64,000 nt of DNA from a virus (lineage: Duplodnaviria > Caudoviricetes): positions 32,979 through 96,978 of IMG/VR virus record IMGVR_UViG_2788500332_000006; one strand, given 5' to 3'. Positions 61,304-64,000 of the stretch are shown one piece after another. How positions within the stretch are numbered: the first letter of the stretch is position 1; the number at the start of each line of letters is the position of its first letter. The notes under the pieces are model-generated. The model was given only the letters and a program-made list of their open reading frames with translations, had not been told where the DNA came from and did no database searches. A program made the translations under genes and the position numbers.

Positions 61304-63389
61304 GCGTCACCTCCGGCATGATGGCGAGGATGGACATCGGCAGCGGGTCGAACTGCTTGACGTGGAGGCCGCCCGAGCGGTTCCAGTCGGCCGGCGGCGT
61401 CATGTCGATGTCGCCGGTGTAAAGGCCGATCGCCTCGTTCCACGCCTCGGTGGAGCGCTGCTTGAATTCCACCATCTTGTCGCTGTCGCGGCCCTCGTCC
61501 TTCGGGCCGACGAAGATGCCGCGCGTCTTCTCCACCCTGAGCACCACCTTCGACACCGACTTGAAGCGCCCCTGCACCGTGCCGAGCTCGTTCAGCATGC
61601 CGAGATCGAGGTCGAGCGTCTGCAATGCGGCAGCATAGGGCAGGCCGACGTGGATCTTGCCGGCGGCCACCGGCAGCGCCACCGCGCCGCCTTCCACCCT
61701 GAGGCCGCGCACCACGTTGCCGTCGGCGAGCGCCACCACCTCGCACCCCTCGAGGTGCGACAGGCCGGAAAGATGGCTCACCGGCGCGCCGGCATAGGTC
61801 AGGCCGCAATCGACGAAGAAGGCGTCCTCGACATGGTCGAAGGCCCGGCTGTGCAGCCGCTCGACATAGCGCCTCGCCACGCCGTCGATCGTCCGGTTGA
61901 CCACGAAATAGGGCACGTCCTCGCCGTTCTCGGCGATGCAGGTCACGTCCTCGAAAGAAGCGTCCGCGCCGCTCTCGTGCCGCGTCCAGGCCCACACCTC
62001 GTGCTCCTTCATGTAGGTGAGCGACACCAGCGAGCCGTCGTCGAGCACCACCCAGACGATGGAGCTCGGCGCCTGCGCGTAGGCCCAGGCCTTGATCGAC
62101 CGGTTCTCGAACAGGTGGCGGCTCATGATGGTCAGGTCCTTGCCCACCCAAGCGTCGTCGCCGTAGCTGTAGGAGAAGTCGCGGATCACCCCGCCCGAGC
62201 GCTGGGCGAACAGCACCGTCTCGCCGACGGCGATCGGCTGCACCGCCGCCGCGCCGCGATAGCCCTGGTTGGCGATGACGATGGCGCTGGGCGTGATGGC
62301 GTCCGACGCCGAGCCGCCGGTCACCACCCATTCGGCCGACGAGGTGAGCAGCAACAGGCCGTAGCGGGCGGCCAGCATCGAGCGGACGATGTTGACCTGC
62401 CGCGCCCGCATGCGGAAGGTGATGGCATCGCTGTCCTTGGCCGGCGAGGCGTAGCCGAAATTCTCGTAGTTGGCGGTCTGCGAGAGATAGACCGCCTGCG
62501 GCTCGCTGTCGGTGGAGGCGAGCGCCAGCCGCTGCTGGATGAAGGTGACGGCGCGCGGATAGTTGCCGGCGCCGGAGAACGGGTTGCGGCCGATCTGCGG
62601 CCCGTCCGAGGTGTCGGCGGTGATGTTCTCGTCGTCGAGGTAGAGATCGGTGGTCGAGCCGATATAGCCGAACGAGCCGTTGGAGAATTTGTAGACCACG
62701 TATTTCGACGCGCCGGTCACCGCCGTCCACGACACGCGGTTGATGCCGCCGTCGACGGAAAGATCGTTGACGCAGGAGGCCTCGCCGGACGGCAGGCTTT
62801 CCTCGCCGGTGGCCTCGCTGACCGCCGCCACCTTGTAGCGATAGGTGTGCGCCTTGTAGCCGGTCTGGCCGGAGGTGCTGCTCTGCACCGCCGCCGTGAT
62901 CGTGGCGGGCGCCGTCATGGCCGGCGCGAATGTCGGTTCGGTCAGCGTCCAGTTGTTGTCGGCGTAGCGGGAAAGCTTCTTCACCGGATGGTCGGGATGG
63001 ACGATGTACATCACGTCCGCTTCCTGGGCGAACACCAGTTCGTCGAGATCGCCGGAGGCATAGGGCGAGGCGAGCTCGTAGACGTCGCCGCCGGCGGCCA
63101 GGATCAGCCCGCCGTTGCGCCAGAAGCGCAGCGAGCCCTCGCCGAACTCGATCACATAGGCCTGCGCCTCGTTGAACTGGAAGGGGATCAGCCGCGTCCT
63201 GTCGGCGCTGTTCTTCACCTCGCCGACGAACTCCAGGCCGGCGCGGTTCGATGCCCCGCCGTGGGCGTGGATGAACAGGTTGAGCGCCGTCTTGAGGCCG
63301 ACCGAATAGTTCTTGGTGTCGACGCGCGCCCAGAGGGCCGGCGACAGCTCGCCGCCGACGAAGGCCGGCTGATAGGCCCGGAGCGTCAT
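61293..63389 (-). CDS. Tail tubular protein B/nozzle (T7 gp12-like)
   Basis: QPAFVGGELSP..RLIPFQF..AQEADVM..YPRAVTFIQQRL..PLPMSILAI. Confidence 0.9.
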   Translation of the reverse strand: MTLRAYQPAFVGGELSPALWARVDTKNYSVGLKTALNLFIHAHGGASNRAGLEFVGEVKNSADRTRLIPFQFNEAQAYVIEFGEGSLRFWRNGGLILAAGGDVYELASPYASGDLDELVFAQEADVMYIVHPDHPVKKLSRYADNNWTLTEPTFAPAMTAPATITAAVQSSTSGQTGYKAHTYRYKVAAVSEATGEESLPSGEASCVNDLSVDGGINRVSWTAVTGASKYVVYKFSNGSFGYIGSTTDLYLDDENITADTSDGPQIGRNPFSGAGNYPRAVTFIQQRLALASTDSEPQAVYLSQTANYENFGYASPAKDSDAITFRMRARQVNIVRSMLAARYGLLLLTSSAEWVVTGGSASDAITPSAIVIANQGYRGAAAVQPIAVGETVLFAQRSGGVIRDFSYSYGDDAWVGKDLTIMSRHLFENRSIKAWAYAQAPSSIVWVVLDDGSLVSLTYMKEHEVWAWTRHESGADASFEDVTCIAENGEDVPYFVVNRTIDGVARRYVERLHSRAFDHVEDAFFVDCGLTYAGAPVSHLSGLSHLEGCEVVALADGNVVRGLRVEGGAVALPVAAGKIHVGLPYAAALQTLDLDLGMLNELGTVQGRFKSVSKVVLRVEKTRGIFVGPKDEGRDSDKMVEFKQRSTEAWNEAIGLYTGDIDMTPPADWNRSGGLHVKQFDPLPMSILAIMPEVTLGR

Positions 63390-64000
63390 TGCCGCACCCG
63401 CTCGTAGTCGGAGAGAAAGCCGCTGCCGGCCCGCTCGTCGTTGGCGTCGGCCGCGCTGGCCGCCGCCTGCGTCTGCAGGGCCATCTGGAAGGCCGCCTGC
63501 CGCTGGCCGGCGTCGCGCGTCAGCGGCATGGCCAGCCGCGCCGCGAGGTGCCAGGACAGCGCCTCGACGAACAGCGGCGGAAACTTCGAGGGATCGTCGA
63601 CCCGGCGGATGTAGCGGAGCGCGGCCGGCGACAGGTCGGTGAGGAGGCGATCGCCGAAAAGCTCATACGGATAGCCGTCCTCGGCCCCTCGTAGATCGCC
63701 GGGCAGCAGCACGCCGGCCAGCGCGCCGTCGGCCGGCCGCACCGCCCGCACGCGCAGCAGATCGACCGGCAGCGCGTAGGCATGCGCCCAGCGGCCGGCA
63801 GCCACCCCCGACACCTCGGCCAGCACCGCCTCTTGGCGGGCGAACCGCCAGGGCGGCCCGGCGGCCAGCAGCGCGTCGAGCGTCTGCCCGTAGAAGCGAT
63901 TGCAGGCCCGCGCCTCGGTGCTCGCCTCGCTGAGCGCGTCGATCTTGTCGGCGCCGAGATGGCCAAGGGCCAGATTGCAAATGGAAACCGTCGATGCCAT
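63386..64000 (-). CDS. Tail tubular protein A/adaptor (T7 gp11-like)
   Basis: SICNLALGHLG..EARACNRFY..WRFA..YALPVD..FVEALSWHLA. Confidence 0.88.
   Translation of the reverse strand: MASTVSICNLALGHLGADKIDALSEASTEARACNRFYGQTLDALLAAGPPWRFARQEAVLAEVSGVAAGRWAHAYALPVDLLRVRAVRPADGALAGVLLPGDLRGAEDGYPYELFGDRLLTDLSPAALRYIRRVDDPSKFPPLFVEALSWHLAARLAMPLTRDAGQRQAAFQMALQTQAAASAADANDERAGSGFLSDYERVRQ

Larger units (their letters stand above)
40360..64000 (-). mobile_element. Prophage-like element B: podovirus tail/ejection/lysis module, degenerate (continues right)
   Basis: Gene order tube A, tube B, GNAT-like, ejection proteins, fibre, holin, lysozyme, spanins; IS, REP and duplications inside. Confidence 0.88.

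Noticed and set aside
60894-63407. 837-aa + strand ORF
   Set aside because: Antisense shadow of tail tubular protein B.

Overview
GC-rich DNA, inferred alphaproteobacterial (Hyphomicrobiales-like), holding two phage-derived elements on either side of a tRNA-Ile2(CAU) gene (40184-40259, -). Left (1-~40183): the non-structural arm of a temperate prophage integrated at the tRNA 3' end. It has a + strand block of small early genes with a DUF3150-like/MoxR AAA+/Zn-peptidase-VWA module and a DUF4942 methyltransferase, a - strand replication/methylation operon, a cro/cI switch with four readable operators, a RecET-type recombination operon, xis and a tyrosine integrase. Right (40360-64000, -): the tail, ejection and lysis genes of a second, decaying podovirus-type element carrying IS30, REP-like palindromes and duplicated gene fragments. 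Best novelty candidates: (1) five divergent, translationally coupled paralogues inserted between the MoxR ATPase and its VWA/metallopeptidase partner (8031-9709); (2) four paralogous membrane-protein genes on the opposite strand, paired with duplicated 5' ends of a DNA-ejection gene (48251-54360); (3) a ~350-nt densely base-paired non-coding region behind cI (24920-25271); (4) a ~25-bp leader motif found upstream of ten prophage genes. All family names come from motif recognition by eye; no searches were run.
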